NCBI GenBank assembly: GCA_033764015.1
Contig: JANRJK010000046.1
Coordinates: 128,001 to 192,000 of the forward strand
DNA: 64,000 nt
Reading direction: 5' to 3'
From: Candidatus Sumerlaeia bacterium
Lineage (GTDB): Bacteria > Sumerlaeota > Sumerlaeia > SLMS01 > JANRJK01
Below the pieces are notes generated by a model. The model was not told where the DNA came from, searched no databases, and saw only the letters and a program-made list of their open reading frames with translations. Positions 30,423-39,085 of this stretch are shown piece by piece. Position 1 is the first letter of the stretch; each line of letters starts with the position of its first letter. Made by a program: the position numbers and the translations under genes.

Positions 30423-31426
30423 GGATTGAGGGCGGGAAGCGGAACACGTAAGGTTTGCCGAATATTCCCCCTATCTGAGTCCAAGTGAGCACCAAGTAGA
30501 ATCCTCGCAAAGAGTTTGAACGACGCTTCACCCGAACTTCCACAAGGGATGGTGAAGTCTACCGCTCCGTCCCGACAAACACTATTCTGTCCTATCACGA
30601 ATTCCTGACAATTTTGGAGTCGCACTAAGTCAACTTCAGGATTGCTCGACATGCTAAAGTCCACTTCTGGATCATCAAAAGCCTTGCTCGGCTCAATCTG
30701 ATTTGAGCCATTTAGCATGTAGAAAGTGAAGGTTGTTGTGGTCCCCCTCATCTCGCCATTGCAATTCTCGAATCGCACAACGGCAGTCCAAACCACAGAA
30801 ATGGGGGTAAGGTTCACCATGTCCACGAAACTTCCCCTCGCTGTGACGCGTTCACTCTTACATCTCCAAATCTTGAAAGTTATGGAGTCTGTTGCCGAAC
30901 TTTCAGATGCACTACAGTCTCCGCTACCGTTACCTGCGCCTTGGGCAATCACCTTAAGTGTCACAGTTGCACAGCCATTCTCAGGTCTTTCTGGAGTGAA
31001 CAAGAATCGACTTGGACGCACTGCCTCAGGTTGGCCACCCCCGCCTTGGCCAACAATCCAAGTATACGACATAACCTGCGGGACTTGCTTCACAATTCGC
31101 CTCCCGGCAGGCTTAGACTCATCTACGCACACATCAATATCTGATGCTCCCTCTTCTTGGATAGGTATCATCAAGCCCTCTGACCACTCGACGCACATGT
31201 CCTCTGCTAGGCGAGCCGAAGTGATAGTTCCTACAGTGGTCGTCCCGAGTTTGGCATCTGTCTCACTATAGAACGGTAGGAGGATCGATCCCCGAGGACA
31301 GCATTCCTCCTCCGGAGGTGGCCCTGCGTACAGATGCAAACTTGGAACCACAGCAAGAAGTAGAGCAATAACAACCCGCAGCTTACACTTCGCCACGATA
31401 GAATCAGTGTTGACCAATGAAGGCAT
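30401..31426 (-). CDS. hypothetical secreted Cys-rich protein
   Basis: Signal peptide VVIALLLAVVPSLHLYA; 14 Cys in the mature part; ends PCCGDCP; low GC. Confidence 0.75.
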   Translation of the reverse strand: MPSLVNTDSIVAKCKLRVVIALLLAVVPSLHLYAGPPPEEECCPRGSILLPFYSETDAKLGTTTVGTITSARLAEDMCVEWSEGLMIPIQEEGASDIDVCVDESKPAGRRIVKQVPQVMSYTWIVGQGGGGQPEAVRPSRFLFTPERPENGCATVTLKVIAQGAGNGSGDCSASESSATDSITFKIWRCKSERVTARGSFVDMVNLTPISVVWTAVVRFENCNGEMRGTTTTFTFYMLNGSNQIEPSKAFDDPEVDFSMSSNPEVDLVRLQNCQEFVIGQNSVCRDGAVDFTIPCGSSGEASFKLFARILLGAHLDSDRGNIRQTLRVPLPALNPCCGDCP

Positions 31427-31444
31427 CGTCGGAATTCTCCTGTG

Positions 31445-32749
31445 TCATTCGCTTGTTGAATTGGTTTGGGAGTCGATCTTGGAAATCCAGCGACGCGCGA
31501 ACTGGGCGTTCTGGGACCGTGGGTACACCGTTTCGTTTACGACACGCTGAAAGAGTTCTCTTGCCTCTACAAGCTGGCCAGTATGATAGCGTGTACAGGC
31601 CAAATAGAAGAGCACCTCCTCATAAATGCGAGCCGATTCCAATTCTGTCGGTCGCGAATCGAAGAGATCGAGACTTTCTAGTAGAGGAACTGAAGCGCTC
31701 TCGTAATCACCCTCCTCGAAATGTGTGACTCCGATCCAAAGCAGAGAGTCAGCGACAGCGAGTTGCTCCGTCACCGAGCCCAGTCGGGAATACAGGATCG
31801 CCCTAGCACGCTCAGGACTCTTGACACTATAGAGTTCGTATTTCGCAGCGGCCATCATCGCATCTGATGCGACGGGAATCTCGGGGAAACGTGAGATGAT
31901 CTGTAGGTCGATCTCGTTCGCCTTTGAGAGTTCGCCGCTAGCAACGAACTCTCTTCTTAGTGCCGCGAGGTCGTCGACGGTCGCTCTGGAAAACTCGACC
32001 AAGTCCAGCTCGTCTTGAGTATCCAAAGTAAAGCGCCCGCCCGCCAGAGAGCGACTCTGTTGGATGAATCTTCCGGTTGATGGCTCGAACAGGTACTCCT
32101 GCGCCACACCTCGCTCAGGTAGCCAAACCGTGTTAAATCTGCCATAACCATCCGGAACGTAAGTAACGTTCCGCCCCCGAGCATCATTGTCAGATACCCA
32201 GATGTCATCTACGACAAATTTGTAAGTTATGGGAAGAGGGTGAACCAAACTACAGCGCCAAGTCCCTTCACCATCAGGGATCAACTTGAGCGCTCCCTGC
32301 TCCCATGAGTTGAAGTCGCCCGACAGCACGACGTCATGGGCGCCCGGCGCGACATGCTCAAAGGTCAAAGCAGTCGCGGGAGGACCGACCGCAACTCCAC
32401 CCGACACGTTGAGATAGTTGTTCCACTCACCCTCCTCTGCCCTAACATAGACCGCACTGGAATAGTCCAGAAGCCAAACGCCCTCATCCGACCCGGCGGG
32501 CAGGGCGAGAAATTTGTATTGGTGTTCGCCGTCCGAAACGGCGAGGGAAAGACGAAAGCCGTCCACGGTGCGACTCATCGGACTAACTGCTGCCTGCCAG
32601 CCGTTGAAGGAGCCCACGACATAAGCAGCCTGAAAAGCGCCAGCCTCATCGGGCAGCACGAACTCGACTGCCCACGAACCGCCGCAGAGAGAAAGGGCAA
32701 TCACAGTGGAGAAAAGGCGAGCGGCAAATGTAGGAGTGCCTCGCTGCAT
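31445..32749 (-). CDS. exported protein with two CBM48/AMPK-beta glycogen-binding domains and C-terminal TPRs
   Basis: YVVGSFNGW...GEHQYKF; VVLSGDFNSW...YKFVVDDIW; TPR-like helices SLLWIG..HFEEGDYE.A and FYLA..RY..GQ...A...FQ. Confidence 0.82.
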   Translation of the reverse strand: MQRGTPTFAARLFSTVIALSLCGGSWAVEFVLPDEAGAFQAAYVVGSFNGWQAAVSPMSRTVDGFRLSLAVSDGEHQYKFLALPAGSDEGVWLLDYSSAVYVRAEEGEWNNYLNVSGGVAVGPPATALTFEHVAPGAHDVVLSGDFNSWEQGALKLIPDGEGTWRCSLVHPLPITYKFVVDDIWVSDNDARGRNVTYVPDGYGRFNTVWLPERGVAQEYLFEPSTGRFIQQSRSLAGGRFTLDTQDELDLVEFSRATVDDLAALRREFVASGELSKANEIDLQIISRFPEIPVASDAMMAAAKYELYSVKSPERARAILYSRLGSVTEQLAVADSLLWIGVTHFEEGDYESASVPLLESLDLFDSRPTELESARIYEEVLFYLACTRYHTGQLVEARELFQRVVNETVYPRSQNAQFARRWISKIDSQTNSTSE

Positions 32750-32975
32750 GGTCGTATCCTTTTGTGTGGGCGGTTATGGGTGTGCCTTCCAGATGCTGGG
32801 ACAGCGGGTCAGCGCGAAGATGAGCTGGGTCAAGGAAAAAAAGCCACCATGGCATGGTTGCGGTGCATCACCCCGCCGTCGCCCACTCCCCCTCCTTGAC
32901 GCTCGCCGCGGGCTGGGGCACAACGGCGCATCACCCGGCAAGGCCCGCGCGCGGTGCGCGGGGCGGCGAGGCGGC

Positions 32976-33974
32976 ATGGCACCTCCGAAGGCCACCTTCT
33001 TCGAGCCCTCCAGCCACGACACCGTGGTCTGCACGCTCTGTCCCATCGAGTGCTCCATCGCGCCCAACCGGTCGGGCCATTGCGGCGTGCGGTCGAACCG
33101 GCGCGGCGAGCTCGTGCTCGACAGCTACGGCCGCGTGTCGGTGCTGGAACCGGTCATCCCGGAGCGGCTGCCGCTCTTCCACCATGACCCGCACCTGCGC
33201 TGGCTGCTCGCGGGGCAGCGCGGCTGCAACATGCGGTGCCCGTTCTGCACCACGAGCCGCTACAGCCAGCTCGCCGGCGCGCCGCAGGAGCCGCTCGCGC
33301 CGGAGGAGCTGGTCGAGCAGGCGGTGCTGCAGGAGTGCGGCGGCGTGTCCTTCGGCATCGCCGAGCCGGTGGTGTCGCTCGAGTACGTGCTCGACGTGTT
33401 CGCGCTCGCGAAGCAGGCGGGCCTGAAGCGCCACGTGGCGACGAACGGCTACCTCTGCGAGGAGCCGCTGCGCGACCTCCTGGCGGGCCTCGACGCGGTC
33501 ACGTTCGGCTTCAAAGGCGCGGACCCTCGCTTCCACCTCGATGTCGTCGGCGGCCAGCTCGAAACGACGCGGCACGCGCTCGATGCGGCCATCGCGGTCG
33601 GCGTCCATACGGAGGCCACCTACCTCGTGATCCCCGGGCGGACGGACCGCACGGAGGACGCGGAGGCGTTCGCGGAGCTGCTGGGGCAGACGCCGATCCG
33701 CTTCCCGGTGGTGCTGCTACCGTTCGAGCCGTCGTTCCAGTGGCGCGAGGCGGCGCCGGCGTCGCTGGCGGCGGTGGAGGCGTTCCGCCGCCTGCTCGAG
33801 GCGCTCGGCCACCCGGCCTACGTGGCGCACGAAGACAGCACGCGGCTCGACACGCGCTGCGGCAAGTGCGGCCGGACGCTGGTGCGGCGCAGCGGGGCGC
33901 AGCAGGTGCTTTTCGAGCCCGGCGCCCGCCAGTGCCCGCACTGCCGCCATCCGCTGCCCTTCACGCTCGACTGA
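32976..33974 (+). CDS. AmmeMemoRadiSam (AmrS/PflA-like) radical SAM protein
   Basis: CTLCP..C......GHCGVR.N; GCNMRCPFC; TNGY; C-terminal CGKCG and CPHC. Confidence 0.85.
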   Translation: MAPPKATFFEPSSHDTVVCTLCPIECSIAPNRSGHCGVRSNRRGELVLDSYGRVSVLEPVIPERLPLFHHDPHLRWLLAGQRGCNMRCPFCTTSRYSQLAGAPQEPLAPEELVEQAVLQECGGVSFGIAEPVVSLEYVLDVFALAKQAGLKRHVATNGYLCEEPLRDLLAGLDAVTFGFKGADPRFHLDVVGGQLETTRHALDAAIAVGVHTEATYLVIPGRTDRTEDAEAFAELLGQTPIRFPVVLLPFEPSFQWREAAPASLAAVEAFRRLLEALGHPAYVAHEDSTRLDTRCGKCGRTLVRRSGAQQVLFEPGARQCPHCRHPLPFTLD

Positions 33975-34057
33975 AAATCGGCGGCGCGGCGGGTTTACGT
34001 TGAATAACGGCGGGCTCCGGGCGTAGTCGATCCAGCGCCCGGAAGGAGTCCCGTTCC

Positions 34058-34678
34058 ATGGAAATCATCGCAACCCTCGCGCTCGCGCTCGGCGCCAGTT
34101 GGTGCGCCGGCATCAACCTCTACGCGACGGTCTTCGTGCTCGGCGCGTTGCACCGCTACACGGGCTTCGAGCTCCCGGCGGGCATGGAGCCCATCACCAG
34201 CGACTGGGTCCTCTGGCCCTCGCTGTTCCTGTATTGCGTCGAGTTCGTCGCCGACAAGGTGCCCGCGGTGGACTCCGCGTGGGACACGGTGCACACGTTC
34301 CTGCGGGTTCCCGCGGGCGCGGTGCTGGCCGCGACGGCGCTCGGCGACGTGCCGATGGAGTTCCAACTGCTGGCGGGCCTGCTGGGCGGCAGCCTGGCGC
34401 TGGCCAGCCACACGACCAAGGCCACCACGCGGCTCGCGCTGCACGGCAGCGGCGGCAGCCTCGCGGCACCCATCGTGAGCGTCGGCGAGGACGTGCTGGT
34501 GGTCGCCGCCATGGGCCTAGTGGCCGCGAACCCGGTGCTGTCGCTGTTCATCGTCGCGGTGATGATGGTCGCGGCGTACTACATCCTGAAGGCGTTCTGG
34601 GGCCTGGCGAAGCGCGTGGCGAACGGACTGCGCTCGCTGTTCGGCGGCGGCGCGCCTGCGGAGCCCGCGGCCGGCTGA
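34058..34678 (+). CDS. DUF4126 family membrane protein
   Basis: GINLYAT, EFVADKVPAVDSAWD.VHTFLR, KA.TR, SVGED. Confidence 0.88.
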   Translation: MEIIATLALALGASWCAGINLYATVFVLGALHRYTGFELPAGMEPITSDWVLWPSLFLYCVEFVADKVPAVDSAWDTVHTFLRVPAGAVLAATALGDVPMEFQLLAGLLGGSLALASHTTKATTRLALHGSGGSLAAPIVSVGEDVLVVAAMGLVAANPVLSLFIVAVMMVAAYYILKAFWGLAKRVANGLRSLFGGGAPAEPAAG

Positions 34679-34880
34679 GGCGGCGGCTCGCGGTGCGGAG
34701 TCGAGCGCCGGGGGCGGGCGGATGCGCCTTCCCCCGGCGCTTCTCTTTTCAGGGCCCCCGGTTGAAGGGGAGGATTGCCCGCGGTTCGGGGACGCGTTCC
34801 GCTTGCGCCGGGCGGGACGGCGCCAATAAGCCCTCCCGAACGAAGTTCACCGTGGCTAACTCCCCGGCGGAAGGCAACCG

Positions 34881-35813
34881 ATGGACAGTCCCGTGATCCA
34901 AGTCCGCGACCTCGTCGTCGAGTACGGCTCCGGCCAGAAGCGCAACCGCGCGGTCCAGGGCATCTCGTTCTCCGTGGCGGACGGCGAGTGCGTCGGCTTC
35001 ATCGGCGCCAACGGCGCCGGCAAGTCCACCACCATGAAGACCATGATGGGCTTCCTGTTCCCGACCTCGGGGGACGTGCGCCTGTTCGGCGAGCCGGCCG
35101 GCACGGCGGAAAGCCGCATCCGCGTGGGCTACCTCCCCGAGGTGTCGCTCTACTACCCGTTCATGAAGGCGAAGGAGCTGCTCGAGCTGTACGGCGGCCT
35201 CTCCGGCCTCTCCCGCGCGGAACTCAAGAAGCGCATCCCGCCGCTGCTCGAGCGCGTCGGCCTCGGCGGCAAGGCGGACGTCCTCCTCAAGAACTTCTCG
35301 AAAGGCATGCAGCAGCGGCTCGGCATCGCGCAGGCCATCATCGCGGACCCGGAGCTGCTCATCTTCGACGAGCTGTCGAGCGGCCTCGACCCGGTCGGCC
35401 GGCACGACCTGCGCGACGTGCTGCTCGACCTGAAGAAGCGCGGGCGCACGATCTTCTTCAGCTCGCACGAACTCTCCGAAGTGGAAACGCTCTGCGACCG
35501 CGTGATCATGATCCACAAGGGGCGCATCGTGACGGAGGCGCGCGTCGCGGACCTGATGAAGCCGCTGAACATCTTCGAGATCGCCTTCTCGCTCCCCGCC
35601 GGGGAGCCGCCCGCGGCGCTCGCGCAGCTCGGCGCGCAGCGCGACGGCGCGGGCTGGCGCGCGTCCATCGCGGACGCCTCGCTCTACGCCCGCGCGGTGG
35701 CGCTGCTCGCCGAGCACGGCGCCACGATCACCTCGACCGCCACCCGCACCCGCTCGCTGGAGGACTACTTCATCGAACTGGTCCGCCGCGACGAGGCGGC
35801 GGCGGGCGCGTGA
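34881..35813 (+). CDS. ABC transporter ATP-binding protein
   Basis: GANGAGKST, FSKGMQQR, IFDE..SGLDP, SSH. Confidence 0.95.
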   Translation: MDSPVIQVRDLVVEYGSGQKRNRAVQGISFSVADGECVGFIGANGAGKSTTMKTMMGFLFPTSGDVRLFGEPAGTAESRIRVGYLPEVSLYYPFMKAKELLELYGGLSGLSRAELKKRIPPLLERVGLGGKADVLLKNFSKGMQQRLGIAQAIIADPELLIFDELSSGLDPVGRHDLRDVLLDLKKRGRTIFFSSHELSEVETLCDRVIMIHKGRIVTEARVADLMKPLNIFEIAFSLPAGEPPAALAQLGAQRDGAGWRASIADASLYARAVALLAEHGATITSTATRTRSLEDYFIELVRRDEAAAGA

Positions 35814-35829
35814 CGGGGGACCGGCAACC

Positions 35830-36633
35830 GTGAACGCCGCCTGGCTGATCGCGAAGAGCGTCCTCATCGAGGCGATGCGCCGCCGCGAGATCTACGCGAT
35901 CGTGCTCGTCTCGACCGTCATCATCGGCGCCGTCTTCACCGTGGACTTCTTCGGCCTCGAGGGCATCGTGAAGTTCTACCGCGAGATCGCGCTGCAGGTG
36001 ATGAGCGTCGCCACGTCGCTCACCGTCGTGGTGCTCGCCGCGCGGCAGCTCCCCCGCGAGTTCGAGAACCGCACCATCTACCCGCTGCTCGCCAAGCCGG
36101 TCTCGCGCGCGCGCTTCCTCACCGGCAAGCTGCTCGGCGTCATGCTGGCCGCCGCGTTCTGCTTCGGGCTCTTCATGTCGGTCTACCTCGCGGGCGCGCT
36201 CTACCTCGGAGGCGGGATTCCGTGGGCGCTCTTCGCGCAGTACGTCTACCTGCAGATGCTGCAGTTCCTCGTCCTCGCCACGCTGGCGTTCTGGCTGTCG
36301 ATGCTGATGAACCTCGACGCGGCGATCACGCTGGGGGCGCTCTTCATGGCCACCTCGAGCGTCGTGTCGAACGCGATGGTTTTCGTCTACGACTTCGTGG
36401 CGCCGCCGGCGCAGGTGGTGCTCCGCGTGCTCAACGTGGCGGTGCCGCACCTCGAGCTGTTCGACCTGTCGGAGAAGGCGGTCCACTCCGAGCTCGAGAT
36501 GGGCGGCGTGCGCCAGCAGTTCTGGCAGCCGCTCGGGCTCGACACCATGCTGTCGCTCACCTTGTACGGCGGCGTCTTCGCGGCGGTGTACTTCGGCTGC
36601 GCGCTGTGGTGCTTCCGGAGGCGCGCGCTGTGA
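35830..36633 (+). CDS. ABC-2 type permease
   Basis: 6 TM helices; PREFENRTIYPLLAKPVSR..FL.GK. Confidence 0.88.
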   Translation: MNAAWLIAKSVLIEAMRRREIYAIVLVSTVIIGAVFTVDFFGLEGIVKFYREIALQVMSVATSLTVVVLAARQLPREFENRTIYPLLAKPVSRARFLTGKLLGVMLAAAFCFGLFMSVYLAGALYLGGGIPWALFAQYVYLQMLQFLVLATLAFWLSMLMNLDAAITLGALFMATSSVVSNAMVFVYDFVAPPAQVVLRVLNVAVPHLELFDLSEKAVHSELEMGGVRQQFWQPLGLDTMLSLTLYGGVFAAVYFGCALWCFRRRAL

Positions 36634-37427
36634 CCGCCGCCCCCGTCCTCCCCCCCGCGCGCGACCGCGTGCTCCTCGTCGGACGCGGCGTCTGGATCGA
36701 AATCGTCCGCCGCAAGGAATTCTACGTCCTGCTGATCCTGGTGGCGCTGTTCTGCCTGGCCGCGCTGGCGGTGTCCATCGTCGGCGTCTCGAACCCCGAG
36801 ACCGCCACGCTGCTGCTCAACATGGGGCTCACGCTGGCGGCGGGCGCGGCGCACCTGCTGACGCTCGTGACGGCGGCGCGTCAGATCCCCGCCGAGATCG
36901 AGAACCGCACGCTCTACCCGATGCTCGCGAAGCCGATCGGCCGCGGCGAGTTCTTCCTCGGCAAGTGGGCCGCGGTCGCGAGCGCGGGCTACGCGGTTTT
37001 CCTCGTGCTCCTGGTGCTCGTGTGGGCCAGCGTGCCCAAGATGGAGAGCTACGACGCGGCGCTCTTCGTCCAACTGGTGCTGCTGCAGGGCGTGTCGATC
37101 GCCTTCATGGCGGCGGCGGCGCTGGCGCTTTCGCTCTGGATGCCGACGCCGGTGGTGCTGGTGCTCCTGGCGCTCGTGTACGCCTTCGGGGCGAAGGGCG
37201 CGAACCTGCTCCAGGCCGCCACCGCCGGCGGCGCGCTCGAGGGCCCCGCCCGCGTCCTCGCCGCGTACCTCCCCAACTTCTCGCTGCTCAACGTGGTGAC
37301 GCGCTTCACGGACGGCATCGGCGCGCTCGGCGGCGGCCAGCTCCTCGGCCTGCTCGCCTACGCGTCGGTCTGGACCGCCGCGGCGTTCTTCGCCGGCGCC
37401 CGCAGCTTCGGCAAGCGACCCCTCTAG
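36630..37427 (+). CDS. ABC-2 type permease (paralogue)
   Basis: PAEIENRTLYPMLAKPIGR.EFFLGK; GTGA overlap. Confidence 0.88.
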   Translation: MTAAPVLPPARDRVLLVGRGVWIEIVRRKEFYVLLILVALFCLAALAVSIVGVSNPETATLLLNMGLTLAAGAAHLLTLVTAARQIPAEIENRTLYPMLAKPIGRGEFFLGKWAAVASAGYAVFLVLLVLVWASVPKMESYDAALFVQLVLLQGVSIAFMAAAALALSLWMPTPVVLVLLALVYAFGAKGANLLQAATAGGALEGPARVLAAYLPNFSLLNVVTRFTDGIGALGGGQLLGLLAYASVWTAAAFFAGARSFGKRPL

Positions 37428-37441
37428 GAGAGACGATCCGC

Positions 37442-38431
37442 ATGGCACCGCCGCAAATCCTCGCGCTCCGCGCCGGCACCGCCGCCGCGCTCCTCTCCCT
37501 CCCGCTCTGGGTGCCGAGCCTCGCGCCGAACGAGTACGACGGCGGGCGCTCGACGGACATCGCCGCGATCGAGGCGCGCAACACCAGCGCCGTCGCCCGC
37601 CTCCTCGGCGAGTTCCGCGCCTCCATGTCCGACATGATGTTCATCAAGACCGAGAAGTACCTCCACGGCGGCATCAGCTACGCCCCGCACATGGACCTGG
37701 ACCGCACCGCGCAGACCGGCGAGCTGGCCCACAAGGGCGGCAAGCCCGAGGACGTCCACGGGCCCCACGAGGTCGGCGGCGCCTCCGGCATGGCCGCGCT
37801 CGAACTCGAAGACGAGGAGGAAGGGGAGGAGGAGGAGCACGCCGGCGTCGAGACGCTGATCCCCACGCCCGACAAGGACTTCCGAGCGTTCATCGGCGCG
37901 CTCCACCGCGAGGTGAAGCCATGGCGAGACCCGTCGCTGGACCACATCCACGACTCGGGCACCGAGCTGCTCCCCTGGTACCGCCTGATGACGCTTTCAA
38001 ACCCGCACAACGTGCGCGGCTACATGATCGGCGCCTGGTGGCTGAAGGGCTTCGGCACCGATGAGCAGAAGGCCGAGGCGGTGAAGTTCCTCGAAGAGGG
38101 CCTCCGCAACAACCCGAAGGCGTTCCAGCTCTGGCTGATGATGGGCTACCTGCTGCGCCAGGACGGCCAGCACGCGGAAGCGATGGAGTACTTCCACAAG
38201 GCGGCGGAACTCGCCGCGTCCACACGCCCCGCGGACGGCACGGCGACGCCGGGCTGGACGGACTACAAGGAGGAGGACGCCCGCGCGGCGATGCGCCTCT
38301 CGGTGCTCTCGGAGCGCGAATACGGCGACCCGGCGAACGCTCCGCAACTGGCCGCCAAGTACCTCGAATCGCTCGGCGAAGACGGCGTCCTGCAACGCGC
38401 GCTGACGGGGGAGATGCCGGGCGGGGAGTAG
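37442..38431 (+). CDS. membrane-anchored TPR protein
   Basis: LLGEFR, YLHGG, ELLPWYRL, AVKFLEEGLRNNP; His/Glu-rich insert. Confidence 0.8.
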   Translation: MAPPQILALRAGTAAALLSLPLWVPSLAPNEYDGGRSTDIAAIEARNTSAVARLLGEFRASMSDMMFIKTEKYLHGGISYAPHMDLDRTAQTGELAHKGGKPEDVHGPHEVGGASGMAALELEDEEEGEEEEHAGVETLIPTPDKDFRAFIGALHREVKPWRDPSLDHIHDSGTELLPWYRLMTLSNPHNVRGYMIGAWWLKGFGTDEQKAEAVKFLEEGLRNNPKAFQLWLMMGYLLRQDGQHAEAMEYFHKAAELAASTRPADGTATPGWTDYKEEDARAAMRLSVLSEREYGDPANAPQLAAKYLESLGEDGVLQRALTGEMPGGE

Positions 38432-38501
38432 CGGAGGGCGCTAGCGCGCGCCATCCAACTTCGCGATCAGCTTTCGATATCCGATCGGGGAGCCCCGCCG
38501 C

Positions 38502-38957
38502 TTGCCCACCGAAGCGAGACCTGCCCCATCGAAGCGCCGCCGCATCGCGCGGCTGCTGCCGTTGGCGCCGGTGGTGGCGGTCGCGGTGTTGGTGCTGTAC
38601 CAGTGGCGACGCCTCGAACAATCCCGCGTAGCCTTGCGCCGCGTGCTTGTCGAATCCGGTGCGGACCAATTGAAAGGCGTTCCGGAGACGGCGGACGAAC
38701 CGTCCGAGCCACTCGCCTCCGGGGGTGTGGCGCCGGGCTGTGGCGAAGTCCACGCGCTCGTTCGCGTCGCGGGTTCCGCGTCCCTCCGCTTTGAAGATCC
38801 AACACCGAAGCCCGGGAGCGCAGTGTTGCAGTCGCGGTTCAAGTCGTGCTTGGGTGTCGGCCCTACCTCCACCGAGGAAGGGTGGGGACGGCACCTATAC
38901 GACGAGTTGATCCTTTCCGGCCGCCGGCGGGGAGGCGGAATGATCGGCCCGCGCTAG
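38502..38957 (+). CDS. hypothetical protein with N-terminal TM helix
   Basis: KRRR followed by LLPLAPVVAVAVLVLY; no recognised domain. Confidence 0.35.
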   Translation: MPTEARPAPSKRRRIARLLPLAPVVAVAVLVLYQWRRLEQSRVALRRVLVESGADQLKGVPETADEPSEPLASGGVAPGCGEVHALVRVAGSASLRFEDPTPKPGSAVLQSRFKSCLGVGPTSTEEGWGRHLYDELILSGRRRGGGMIGPR

Positions 38958-39085
38958 GCCCGCCGGCGCCGGTAAGCATCCACCGTGCTCCCGCACCCCG
39001 CCCACGACGCGGCGTTTCTTATAGTCCTTGACGGCAAATCGAGACCGTGGGGATTTTCGAGCATTCCGCCCCAGAGACCCCTCCC

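Noticed and set aside
38441..38872. Minus-strand 143-aa ORF
   Set aside because: Low-complexity Ser/Thr/Arg sequence; the plus-strand ORF with a TM helix is more plausible
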